Origin: Octopus vulgaris
Taxonomy: Eukaryota
Assembly: GCA_951406725.2 (NCBI GenBank)
Contig: OX597827.1
Span: 84,568,001 to 84,632,000 of the forward strand
Reading direction: 5' to 3'
Length of the DNA stretch: 64,000 nucleotides
In this document: piece after piece, positions 16,051 to 27,541 of the stretch
Numbering within the stretch: the stretch's first letter is position 1
Layout: every line of letters begins with the position of its first letter
Program-made: the position numbers and the translations under genes
The notes under the pieces: model-generated
The model's database searches: none
What the model was told of the DNA's origin: nothing
The model's input: only the letters and a program-made list of their open reading frames with translations

Positions 16051-17339
16051 CAAACTCTGACTCACTCACTCTCTGTCTCTGTCTGTCTCTCTCTATATAT
16101 ATCCCTCTCCCCCTTTCTAGAGGAAATCTGTTGTGGAGAAGTATGACCTTCCCCAGGTCTAAAAATGCCCAAAGCATTTTTGCTAACAAAAGGGTATGAC
16201 ATGATCGCACCCCTACAACCCCATGGAGTTGTGGGCCCGGGCATGCATATACCCATATACGTATCACTACAGCAACACGACCAATTCAAACAATTCTACG
16301 ATCATTACACAACAGTAATAAGATCCTCTTTAGTATTACACTTCGAACACTCACAGGCACCGCCATCGCTACCACCGCCACCACCACCATTATCATCACT
16401 ATAATATACCAATACTGCTGTTATCAACACTACAACTAGCGCCACCATCACAGCCACCTGAGACACCACTATTTAAACACCGTCATACACTACTACCCGC
16501 CATTATCACTAACACCACCACCACCACCCCCTCACACCACCACCCCCTCACACCACCACCCCTCACACCCCCACCACCACCACTCACCATCACCACCTCA
16601 CACCCCCATCACTCACCACTACTTCTACCAGCCGCATCCACTACCGCCATCTATACGTTCCCTCCTCCCCACTAAGAGTCAATCACTCACCAAAGTGACA
16701 GTTTCGATTCGATCCTGTTTTATCAGGCGAGAAGTTCTCTCTTTTTACAAAACACAATTGTCTCTGGCCTTTTCCCCCATTCTCTACGACCAGCCAAGAT
16801 AAATTTCTGGTTCCAAACTGAGATCGTTCCAGATTATTCTTCAGGACAAAAGATAGGCTGGGTCAAATGGGGTTCGCTGATTGCCACCGTCCTAAATGTT
16901 TGCCGCCCGCTGTCAGACAGGCGTCGAATATAGTGTTTGCCCTCGCCACTGACCAGTATCATCACCACCACCACCGCCGCCGACAGCTGAACAAGGAGAC
17001 CCAAAACAAGAAAACAATCTTATCTCATTTTAACAACTGACTATCACAAATAGAAAATAATTGTTTACAAAAATTGGCTGCCATTTTATGGTGGCTGATA
17101 AAAGCGAAAATTGGGGGAAGGATGGTGTGCGCGCGTACGTGCGTGTACGCGTGTATGTATGTATGTGTGTGTGTGTGTGTGTATGCGTCAAATGCGTAAA
17201 TATACTTGTGTATATCTTAAATTATTGGGGAATTATGAAATGTATGTGTGATTGTGCCTGTCTCTTATTCTGTGAGTGTGTATATATGTATGTATATAAA
17301 TGTTGGTGCACATGTGTATGTATAAGTGTATATATATAA

Positions 17340-17460
17340 AAAGAAGGAAAGAAGGAGGGTTTAACGTTTCGGGCGGAGCTCTTCGTTGGAAACATAGGAG
17401 AAGGAAAGATCCAGAGAAGGGAAGACAGAGGAAATAAAATCGCCAACGGTACACACGCGG

Positions 17461-17462
<2 letters not shown>
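17340..17462 (-). mobile_element. Short PLE pseudo-LTR-like fragment with a degenerate minimal hammerhead motif
   Basis: Minus strand reads ccaacgaa-gagc-tcc-gccc-GAAA-cg-tta; flanked by (TA)n; the CUGA core is altered. Confidence 0.45.
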
Positions 17463-17492
<30 letters not shown>

Positions 17493-17495
<3 letters not shown>

Positions 17496-18099
17496 GATAA
17501 ATATCAAAGTGAGTTATATACAGTAACGGTAACACATCGTGACGTATATTTGCCATTTCAATATGGCTACCCCTAAGGGTGGATGCTACTGTAGTTTTTA
17601 GCCCCAGGAGGACATACTCCTCCAGCTGGCCATAGACACACTTTCTGTGTCCTGTCAGTATTTGCAAAGGGAAGTCATCCTTCCCGTCTTCAACTTATGA
17701 TACACACGGACTCGAGTTTCGAGGTATTGACCTCTCGTCAGCGTGTGACAATCATAGTTGTCGCCGAGAATTAGATTTCCTTCACAAATACTTATACTTT
17801 TTCCAGCGTCCACTGTCGCTGATATTGAAAAAGGGAAATCAAACAATGATAAATATCAAAGTGAGTTATATACAGTAACGGTAACACATCGTGACGTATA
17901 TTTGCCATTTCAATATGGCTACCCCTCGAGTCCGTGTGTATCATAAGTTGAAGACGGGAAGGATGACTTCCCTTTGCAAATACTGACAGGACACAGAAAG
18001 TGTGTCTATGGCCAGCTGGAGGAGTGTGTCCTCCTGGGGCTAAAAACTACAGTAGCATCCACCCTTAGGGGTAGCCATATTGAAATGGCAAATATACGT
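17493..18099 (-). mobile_element. Non-coding hammerhead-containing element (candidate non-LTR retrozyme or PLE pseudo-LTR): 352-bp partial tandem plus 175-bp inverted copy
   Basis: Direct repeat 17493-17574 = 17845-17926; inverted repeat 17542-17716 vs 17925-18099 with one mismatch seen; (TA)n on both flanks; no recognisable protein encoded. Confidence 0.8.
17696..17754 (-). ncRNA. Type I hammerhead ribozyme with intact core
   Basis: Minus strand: cacacg-CUGACGA-gaggu(caau)accuc-GAAA-cucgag-UC^cgugug. Stem I cacacg/cgugug, extended by augau/aucau; 5-bp stem II; palindromic stem III; GUC cleavage predicted between 17709 and 17708. Confidence 0.9.
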
Positions 18100-18240
18100 T
18101 ATATATATATACATATGTGCATATTTATGTATTATGCGCGAATGTGAATGTAAATATATATAATATGCATATATGAACGTGTGTGCCTATGTATGTATGT
18201 ATGTATGTATGTATGTATGTATGTATGTATGTATGTATGT

Positions 18241-18375
18241 ATCCGAGTTTCGGATGCCGAGGTGGAAATCCACACCGCCATTTCTTCAGTTATCCGGCCA
18301 TCGGAAAAAAGCTATGAAAAAAAAAAACGCCATGAAAAAAACTATGAAACTCGGAGTTTTGTCATGGCTACCGAA
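18241..18375 (-). ncRNA. Split hammerhead-like motif of a second family
   Basis: Minus strand ggataa-CTGAAGA-[hairpin containing gtgg/ccac]-GAAA-ctcgga is cut by (TATG)n. Plus strand 18346-18370 gaaactcggagttttgtcatggc looks like the missing 3' half in inverted orientation. Confidence 0.55.
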
Positions 18376-18398
18376 TAATTGTCACTTATTACATTTAC

Positions 18399-18460
<62 letters not shown>

Positions 18461-18506
18461 TTCTACACCAGATTATCAGCGATATATACATATATATATA
18501 TATATC

Positions 18507-18886
18507 CTTTTATTCTTTTACCTGTTTCAGTCATATGACTGCAGCCATACTGGAGCAACGCCCTTTAGTCGAACAAATAGACCTCAAGACTTATCATTTC
18601 GGTTCATGTCTGCCGAACCGCTAAGTTGCGGTGACGTAAACACACCAACATCGGTTGTCAATCAATGGTGGGAGGATAAACGCAGATACACAAATATACA
18701 CACACAAACATACACGCACATACATTTACGACGAGCTTCTTTCAGTTTCCGTTTAACAAATCCACTCGCAAGGCTTTGGTCGGCCCGAGGCTGTAGTAGA
18801 AGACACTTGTCCAAGGCGTCACGCTGTGGGATTGAACCCGGAACCATGTCGTTGGGAGGCAAGGTTCTTACCACACAGCTACTCCT

Positions 18887-18890
<4 letters not shown>
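18507..18890 (-). mobile_element. tRNA-derived SINE, family A
   Basis: Full-length match to the reverse complement of 43702-44113. Confidence 0.88.
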
Positions 18891-18949
<59 letters not shown>

Positions 18950-18950
<1 letters not shown>

Positions 18951-19966
18951 CAAAGGTAAAAACCACAACAAACGGATATCGTCAAAACATAAGGAACAGA
19001 CAAAGAACGATAACACAACAACGGTAAACAGGAGAAAACATGATACACGGCTCATTGGCAGCCAATTGCTTCTTCAGTCGGAGTCTGGAATGTCTACGTA
19101 GTTTTGCCCAATATATATATAACATTTTCAGGATCGATAGAACCAGGTATTTAAACTGTAAAACCACCAAGGTAGAGTGCACCAGTGCACCAACAATGTG
19201 CACTGACATATTCCTACTTATGCACACATTACTGACAGAATACACAACGCGTCTTCAAAGTCACACATGGCTGCACTCATTGTACGTGTTCCACAGTTGA
19301 CTAAATGCTCCAGATCCATACGTATAGAAGGTTCTTAGCTGGGGGGGGGGAGAATAAAAAAATAACACAGATGGTTTGAGTTTCTCTACAGTTGTTTCAA
19401 GCATGTTCTTTATAGTTGAACGAAAGTGTTGCATGTAACAAACCGTTTCCTTCTGCCGCAACCCGGTTGGTAGAGTCGTCTTTCTCATTGTTGTATTTTG
19501 TGAGAAATTCTAAGTGTTAAATTTCCTCTTTATTCACCTGAAGAAAACGGTTTTTTGCACGATATAACTCTCCTGTTCATCAATAAAAGATACATCTAAG
19601 ACGACGAGCTGGCAGAAACGTATTTCGTGTGTCTTTACGTTCTGAGTTCAAATTCCGCCGAGGTCGACTTTACCTTTCATCCTTTCGGGGTCGATAAATT
19701 GAGTATCAGTTGTGTACTGAGGTCGATCTAATCGACTGGTTCTCTCCCCCCAAATTTCGGGCCTTGTGCCTAGAGTAGAAAAGAACAAAAGACACACCTG
19801 AAACAGCTGTAATGGACTTCATCCCGCTTAATCTGGTACTCGACTGAAGAAAGAAAACTTCGAATGACCCGTCCTTGGTTTCTTTTTATCGTCTCTCTGG
19901 ATGTTTTGTTGTCTCATTTTTGTATCACCTAACTGACTGGATGTTTTGCATTCTTGTCCCATTTTG

Positions 19967-19970
<4 letters not shown>
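18950..19970. mobile_element. Decayed PLE-like remnant with pseudo-LTR-like ends and a SINE-interrupted hammerhead-like motif
   Basis: CTGAAGA at 19538 and GAAA-cagctg-TA at 19800-19811 become one motif once the SINE is removed; similar cgactgaagaa segments in opposite orientation near both ends; (TA)n flanks. Confidence 0.4.
19598..19786 (+). mobile_element. SINE family B with 13-bp target-site duplication
   Basis: TSD aaaagatacatct (19585-19597) and aaaagacacacct (19787-19799); B-box-like gagttcaaattcc. Confidence 0.85.
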
Positions 19971-20009
<39 letters not shown>

Positions 20010-20032
20010 AGAACAAAGTGTACGTACGCCGC

Positions 20033-20063
<31 letters not shown>

Positions 20064-22987
20064 CAGTAACAAACTATGATCCTTTCGTATTCAGATTTTG
20101 CTTCATTTACATAATTATTTTTTTGTTTTGTATGCCGTCTGTATCCAGTGTATGCCCGTAGTGTTTTGTACGGTGTCAGTATACAGTGTATACTCGCAGT
20201 GATGTGCAGTGCGCCATTTTGTGCCATTATGTGACTTTGGTTGTACTGGATGTCTGGTGGTAAGGAAGGAGACAATAGATTTGATTGGTGTTAAGTCTTT
20301 TGTGAAGTTAGCTTCCCAGATGATTGGATGATTGCCATAGTGGATGGGTGGGAGTGTAAGTGATATATTGTCCGTATGATTTGCAGAGATATGGGAACTT
20401 GGTGTAGGTAGAAGTTAGAAGAAAAAGTGTGAGGGAACGGATCCTTGTGGCAATTATTGCAGATTGTTGTAGTTATCCATAAACAAGCTTACCTATATTA
20501 TAGTTTAGCAAATATAGCACACCCATGGCTTCGTCTTTCCGCTTTTAAAATGTTAGTATGTAATTTGAGGGAGATTCGGCTGTTATTTCTGGTAGTTTGA
20601 ATGAGTGCGGGTTATTGTTTAATTGCAGCTTAGCTCCGATCGAGCAGACCTGTTACCTAAAGTATTCCAGTCGTGGTCATCCCGCCTAGTTTTCTGATGT
20701 AAGGCTACATACGGTATGCAGATATGTCATTCCATTGGAGACGGGGGGGAGCGGTTTTGAGGGAGATTTGGCTAGTGTTTCTCGGAGATCGAGCGACTGC
20801 ATAGAGGTGATTTTTTAGAGAGGAAAGTTCCATTGATGTAAGCAATTTTGTATTAGAAGGATCTATGTAGGTGTTGGTGGCGGTGGTTGGGTGAAATCAT
20901 CTATGTGTTGTAATTTGGAGAATAAGAGAAGGGGATATGGCTGTTGTTTCTTGTAATTGGATGGCGTGCGGCCAGCCTAAAGCCTTGAGCTGCTTCTGTT
21001 TAGATGACCCCGCCTCCACCTTTCAGATAAGTAGACAATAGTATGGATAACCTTATTTCAACAGGGGTCACTCGAATAGATGTGTCGGGTGGGGGGAAGC
21101 TAGATCAGATTACAGCAGAATTTCTAATTAAACGGGAGACAAACACTACCTGCACCATCTCCATTCTACCCCCACTGACAAAATTGTTGACAACATCAAT
21201 ATCTCATTAAGTCTCTTCTCGTTTAAAACAATAAAAACCCGGCTGACAGCTCCGGCTATCCGACTCCAAGCTATAGAGATGCTGCCTCTACCACTGGTCT
21301 GCTAGAAAAACCAGCCGTATCTCCCTCATATCAAATATCCAGCTGGTGGCGTTAACTACCCATTACATCCCTAAACCATAGACTTGATGGCCTTCCCAAT
21401 TCGGTATTGCTCCTCCTCAGACACTATCGTCAGCAGAGAAACTGCAGAAGTTGATGTTTAACCCCAGGTCAGCCTTGATGACTTGCGGTTGAGAGTCGTA
21501 TGAGCAAAGGTATTTCAATTATGATCATACGATGTTTTTAGGCTATTTAATATGAGTACAAATAGTACCTACCTATCTTTTGTATCCAGCTCCAAACAAT
21601 ACGACGAAAATTTACGTTATTCTTCTTCCTAAGACAATCAACCATAGAACAAAAAATGAAGGCAAATTCTATTAAAGATACAATATTTATATTATTCATA
21701 AAACTAACCAAAAGATATTTTAAATGAAGTCTTTTATTGTTTTAGGCATTTATTTTACCGGTTATCCAATAACATCATTTTTCAGTTTATTCGATGCAAT
21801 GACTTATATACACTCACCAATCTCTATGTACAATACATGTGTGTAGCAATTTACACGTTACAATTATCTCATCGACAAATGACAGACTATACTACTACTA
21901 CTACTATAGTCATATTTAACATAAAGAAATAGAATCTAATTCAATCAGTCTTTTTGAGATGAAAATAAAACTTCATAAATCAATAACTAATATTATTTTA
22001 ATCTGAATTTGGTAAATAAGGGAGACAACTTTGTTTTAGTTTCATTCAACCTCCTCGGGTCTGAAAACATTACCCTGGCCACAGAGAAATTTCTCAGAGA
22101 CGCCATGCACGTGAAACAACAGCCAAGTTGAAACCAATCTACTTAAATGTCGGCTACGTTTTGCCGTGTGTCCGATAATTTATTTGGCTTCTTCTTGACC
22201 GCTTCTTCCCCTCTGTCCGTGTTTATGCTGACTTAAATGTAGTGAGGTGGGAATGGAATCTATTTCACATGACGAGGACATTGGCTGAGGGATCAAACAT
22301 TATTTGAATCTGATCTAAAGTGACCGATAATGAGGAAGGTGTAAGACGAAATGTAACCGGAGTTCTTAGATTTTCTGACACCCCTATCTCTTATGCAAAA
22401 TAAAATAAATAAATAAATTCACCCGTAAATAACTACCCGAATTCAACCGAAGAGGGATTTTTGTGTGTTTGTGTGTCTCCGGCACAAAGACATGGTCAAA
22501 GAGGCCAAACGGGATCAAATACACAATTAAAGGAACTGACTGTTCATTCCTTTCCTTGTCTGTCTTTCCCCATTAATGTCTTTCCTCTTTTCTTTCCTAT
22601 TTTCTTTCTTTTTCACTTGTTCCGCCCATCCTTCTTTTTCTTTGACCTCTCATTCAGCTGGCCCCTTCAGGGTTTTCGCTACACCAACAGACTCCCTTCA
22701 AACTTGCTCTTTCACTTCAGCTTCCAAATGCACCTCTCTCCTGAGGTTTTTCACTTCAATTTGAAATCTGTTTACTAATCATTGACCAACTTGCTTACTA
22801 ACCCCCCCACCGACCCCACTACCACCACTACTCCTCCCTCTCACCTGCTCCCTTCACTGGCGGACCCAGACAAAATGGACTTTGACATACGTTGTTTGCT
22901 TTGCAAAATATTTCAACATTCGTACTAAGTACTCGCCTGGGGCCTCGCTTCTTAAGAACACATATAGCACGCGCGCGCGCACACACA

Positions 22988-23019
<32 letters not shown>

Positions 23020-23687
23020 TATATCCTCACATATACGTTCCTCTAAGCAAACAGCCACACACACACAGTCAGCTGCACACAATAACATATACGCACACAT
23101 ACTAACACTCACTCATTCACTTCTATTTCGTCTTCTTCTCTTTCTTCTTCTTCTTCTTTTCCTTCTTCTTCTTTCTTTCTTCTTCTTCTTTTCCTTCTTC
23201 TTTTCCGTCTTCTTCTTCTTCTTCGTTTTCTTTCTTTCTTCTTCTTCCGTTATTCAAAGGCGTGGTACGTAAAGACGTGTGAGATGCGCCGAGTTATCAG
23301 AAATAATTATGTACACACATATACACGAACTCTCATAAACACGCTCACACGTACATATATATATGTATATCCCTTATGTGCAGTGTGTGTGTATGAGTGT
23401 ATCACACACACACACACACACACGAATGTATGTATATATATATCTATGTATATGTAAAAGAAAATCCGAGGAGAGTAATGGTGGTCTGCGTCGGCAGTGA
23501 AAATTGTATTTATTGGCATTGCATATGTGTGTGTTTATGTGTGTGTGTGTGTGTTTGAGTATTTAACCTTGGTGCATTTGTGTTGAATACAATTGAACCA
23601 AAATAAACCACGGATAAATGAGATGGAAATAATCTACATTGGAGGCGAACCCTGAACCCCACTGGCAATGTTTTATATAACACACCA

Positions 23688-23722
<35 letters not shown>

Positions 23723-23889
23723 CAGCCTCTGATTGTGTGAGGCTGTGTATATAAGAATACATATATATTTATATATTAACGTCTTTCACTCTTGGCGAGT
23801 GTTGGTTGAATGTGTCTATATTATATATGTATGTATACACACACTTAACATCTAACTTGAACATATATGAATATGTATGCATCATAGGA

Positions 23890-24360
<471 letters not shown>

Positions 24361-24361
<1 letters not shown>

Positions 24362-25560
24362 TAGCTGAAGGTGACCCGCTCTACGCGCGGGTAAGAGTAT
24401 GGTTGTTACTTTCTGTTGCTTCCTTTCAGCACGTAAAAAGCACCATCCGAACGTGGCCGATTGCATCACCGCCTTGACTTGCTTCTGTGCCGGTGGCACG
24501 TAAAAAGCACCAACCGATCGTTGCCACTGCGAGCCTCCCTGGCACCAGTGCCGGCGGCACGAAAAAAACACTCACTACACTCACAGAGTGGTTGGCGTTA
24601 GGAAGGTCATCCACCTGTAGAAACACTGCCAGATCAGACTGGAGCCTGGTGCAGCCTCCTGGCTTCCGAGACCCCGGTCACACTGCCCAACCCGTGCTAG
24701 CACGGAAAACGGACGTTAAACGATGATGATGATGATGATTCTCCGTATTTGTTTCTCTCTCCTTTCTCTCTCACTTTCCTACTCTCTTACTTTTCTTTTC
24801 TCTCGGACTCTCCCTCGCTTTCTCTTACTCTCTATCTTTATCTATCTCTCTCCCATTTATAAACAACAGAAGATCTTGAGTAAGTTGAGAAATAAAATAT
24901 TTAGAAAGATCAATCAGAAATATGAGGCAGTGGCAATGGAAAGGTCTGCTTCAAGGCAGACAGCAAAACGCTAACATTTAAAAGGGACAGACGAACTTGC
25001 GAGCTGAATAAAAATAATAAAATATTGGAAACCAAAGTTTGAAGGGATAGAATCTGAGGATAGTAGAGTCACCATGGCTGGCATTTCTTAACGACGGACA
25101 GCAACGTAGTGACAGTTTAACGGCTGGCGTAAAATTTTGAACTTGATGTAAAAGAAAATTCGTAAACACCAAGTTTTGAAGTGATTCTTTCTCACGACAG
25201 TAGACTCACCATGGCAAGCATTCAAAACTTCTTTATCATGGACGGCAACACATTGACGATTAAAAGGCTGGCGCAAATTTTTTAGCTTGATGTAACAGAC
25301 AATTCCTAAACACCCACTCCTAGAAATTTTAATCCCCTTCCAGCCCCATTTAGACCCCTTTTCACATTTTGGTTAATATAACCCGATTTCATTCGGGTCT
25401 ACTGGGGCCACATTTTATAAGATGAGGAATTTTTTTCCTAGTGGTGACGCCTTTCATTTGAGGAACAAAATAGTTGTCATGCAAACTTGTCAGCACCTTA
25501 AACATAGGTGTGCATATTTTCAGCTGAATCGACCGACTACGTAATGCACACATTATATAT
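24361..25560 (-). mobile_element. Non-autonomous Helitron-like element with nested insertions
   Basis: Minus-strand 3' end: hairpin acccgcgcgtagagcgggt followed by CTAG|T at 24361. Internal duplication of about 140 bp (25060-25310). The 5' end merges into (TA)n and no TC is seen. Confidence 0.5.
24400..24738 (+). mobile_element. SINE or RTE-type LINE 3' tail ending in (GAT)n
   Basis: gagtggttggcgttaggaagg...ggaaaacggacgttaaacgatgatgatgat; internal cacgtaaaagcacc repeats. Confidence 0.6.
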
Positions 25561-25567
25561 ATATGTG

Positions 25568-25601
<34 letters not shown>

Positions 25602-25744
25602 CACGCATTATATATACAAATGTATACAAATGAGATATATATCTGTATAAATTAAATTAGAGATAAAACCACTAATAGGCAAATCAAACAGTGAAAAACC
25701 AAAAACAAAAACATAAAAAAAGAAAATATAACATAGAAAATATA

Positions 25745-26261
25745 TCTATATATATAAAACTGTAGTTGTGTGAGTGTCTGTCCCCTTCGATTTAGATTCC
25801 TAACTACTCCCACATTTTGCAGTGCAGTTTAACCAAATTCGGGTATCTTATAGTCGTGATTCATATCGAGCCCGTCTGACTATTAGCGCGCGTCTACGAT
25901 GAGTCTACGATTTTAAAAATAATTTAACATCATTTTTTATTCCATTTTAATGCATAATTTTTCGTGTGTCGATGGCGGCGGAGTTGGCGTCCACGCTCAC
26001 ATCTGCACCTGTTTGCTTCTCCCTCGTGAAGTTGTGGGGAAGGGAGTGTAAGGAAATCAACGTCGTAAAGCGTTGTCAAGGAGACCAGCGTTCTTTTAGA
26101 ACAACGACTTCATGGCTTGAAGACACTGAGTCAACGATTTAGAAAAAAAATTACCATCACTTTTTATTCCATTTTTAATGCATTTTTTGCTATAACTCTC
26201 TAAAAATGCTTATATAGTTATTTCCCTTACAAACCCGAGCAACGCCGGGCGATACTGCTAG
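25745..26261 (+). mobile_element. Non-autonomous Helitron, unit 1
   Basis: A|TCtatatatataaaac start; subterminal hairpin cccgagcaacgccggg; CTAG end; no TSD. Confidence 0.85.
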
Positions 26262-26758
26262 TCTTTATATATAAAAGTAAGGTTGTGTATCTGTCTCCTT
26301 CGATTTAGATTCCTAACCACTCCCACATTTTGCGGTGCAGTGTAACTAAAACCGGGTATCTTATAGTCGTGATTTATATCGAGCCCTTCTGGTATTAGCG
26401 CGCGTCTACGATGAGTCTACGATTTAAAAAAAAAATTTACCATAATTTTTTATTCCATGTTAATGCATTTTTTGCTATTATATAAGGGAAGTAACTCTCT
26501 AAAAATGTCTACGATGAGTCAACGATTAAAAAAAATTACCATAATTTTTTATTCCATTTTAATGCATTTTTCGCTATTATATAAGGGAAGTAACTCTCTA
26601 AAAATGTCTACGATGAGTCAACGATTTAAAAAAAGTTACTATCATTTTTTATTCCATTTTTAATGCATTTTTTGCTATTTTTTTTGCTATAACTCACTAA
26701 AAATGCTTATATAGTTATTTCCCTTACAAACCCGAGCAACGCCGGGCGATACTGCTAG
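26262..26758 (+). mobile_element. Non-autonomous Helitron, unit 2, with three internal tandem repeats of about 100 bp
   Basis: TCtttatatataaaag start directly after the CTAG of unit 1; same hairpin; CTAG|T end; repeats begin at 26405, 26508 and 26607. Confidence 0.85.
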
Positions 26759-27149
26759 TAAAATATAAAATTGAAAACTTTAAATTATTTAAATTGAAAA
26801 TAAAAATTATTAAATTATATTTATAATTTGTTTAAAAATATATATAACTATGAAAAAGTATGAAAAAGTTTAATATACATAAATACAGATATATACACTT
26901 TGTATATATACATTATATATACATATTTATATATAGAACACACACACACACATACATTATATATACATATTTATATATAGAACACACATACACACACACA
27001 TACATTATATATACATATTTATATATAGAACACACACACACACACATACATTATTATATATACATATTTATATATAGAACACACACACACATACATTATA
27101 TATACATATATATATATAGAACACACACACACATATAAATGAACGCAAG

Positions 27150-27541
27150 AATATCTGATTCATAATATTTGTTCTCATGCTCGTGTGTTGATTGTTGGTG
27201 ACAGACATATACTTAAAAGAACGCCGTCGAATTGATAGGAAGGTAGGAAACAGAGTCAGTGAAAAAGAAAGGAAATAGCGATAGTGACAGATACTTTAAA
27301 TAACCGTAGTGGACTTCTGAAAGTTATGAAGAGGAGTAAGAGAGGGAAAGGAGGAAATAGGGTGAGTGAGGAAGATGGCCCCTAGCAACCACACCTTTTA
27401 AGATAGGGATTTGTAAGGTAGCCCACGCGCATCGTCACCTCATTCTACATGTCCCTGTAAATTTTGGAGCGAATCGGACGGGATGTAGTGGCATTGAAAG
27501 CGATCCAAGCGGTAAAAACGCAATTCAGTTTTATATATAGA
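27150..27541 (-). mobile_element. Helitron-like 5' portion
   Basis: Minus strand starts A|TCtatatataaaactg, nearly identical to the start at 25745; 3' end not identified. Confidence 0.5.

Noticed and set aside
20065-20500. Possible PLE linker/GIY-YIG remnant on the minus strand
   Set aside because: Similarity too weak to support by eye
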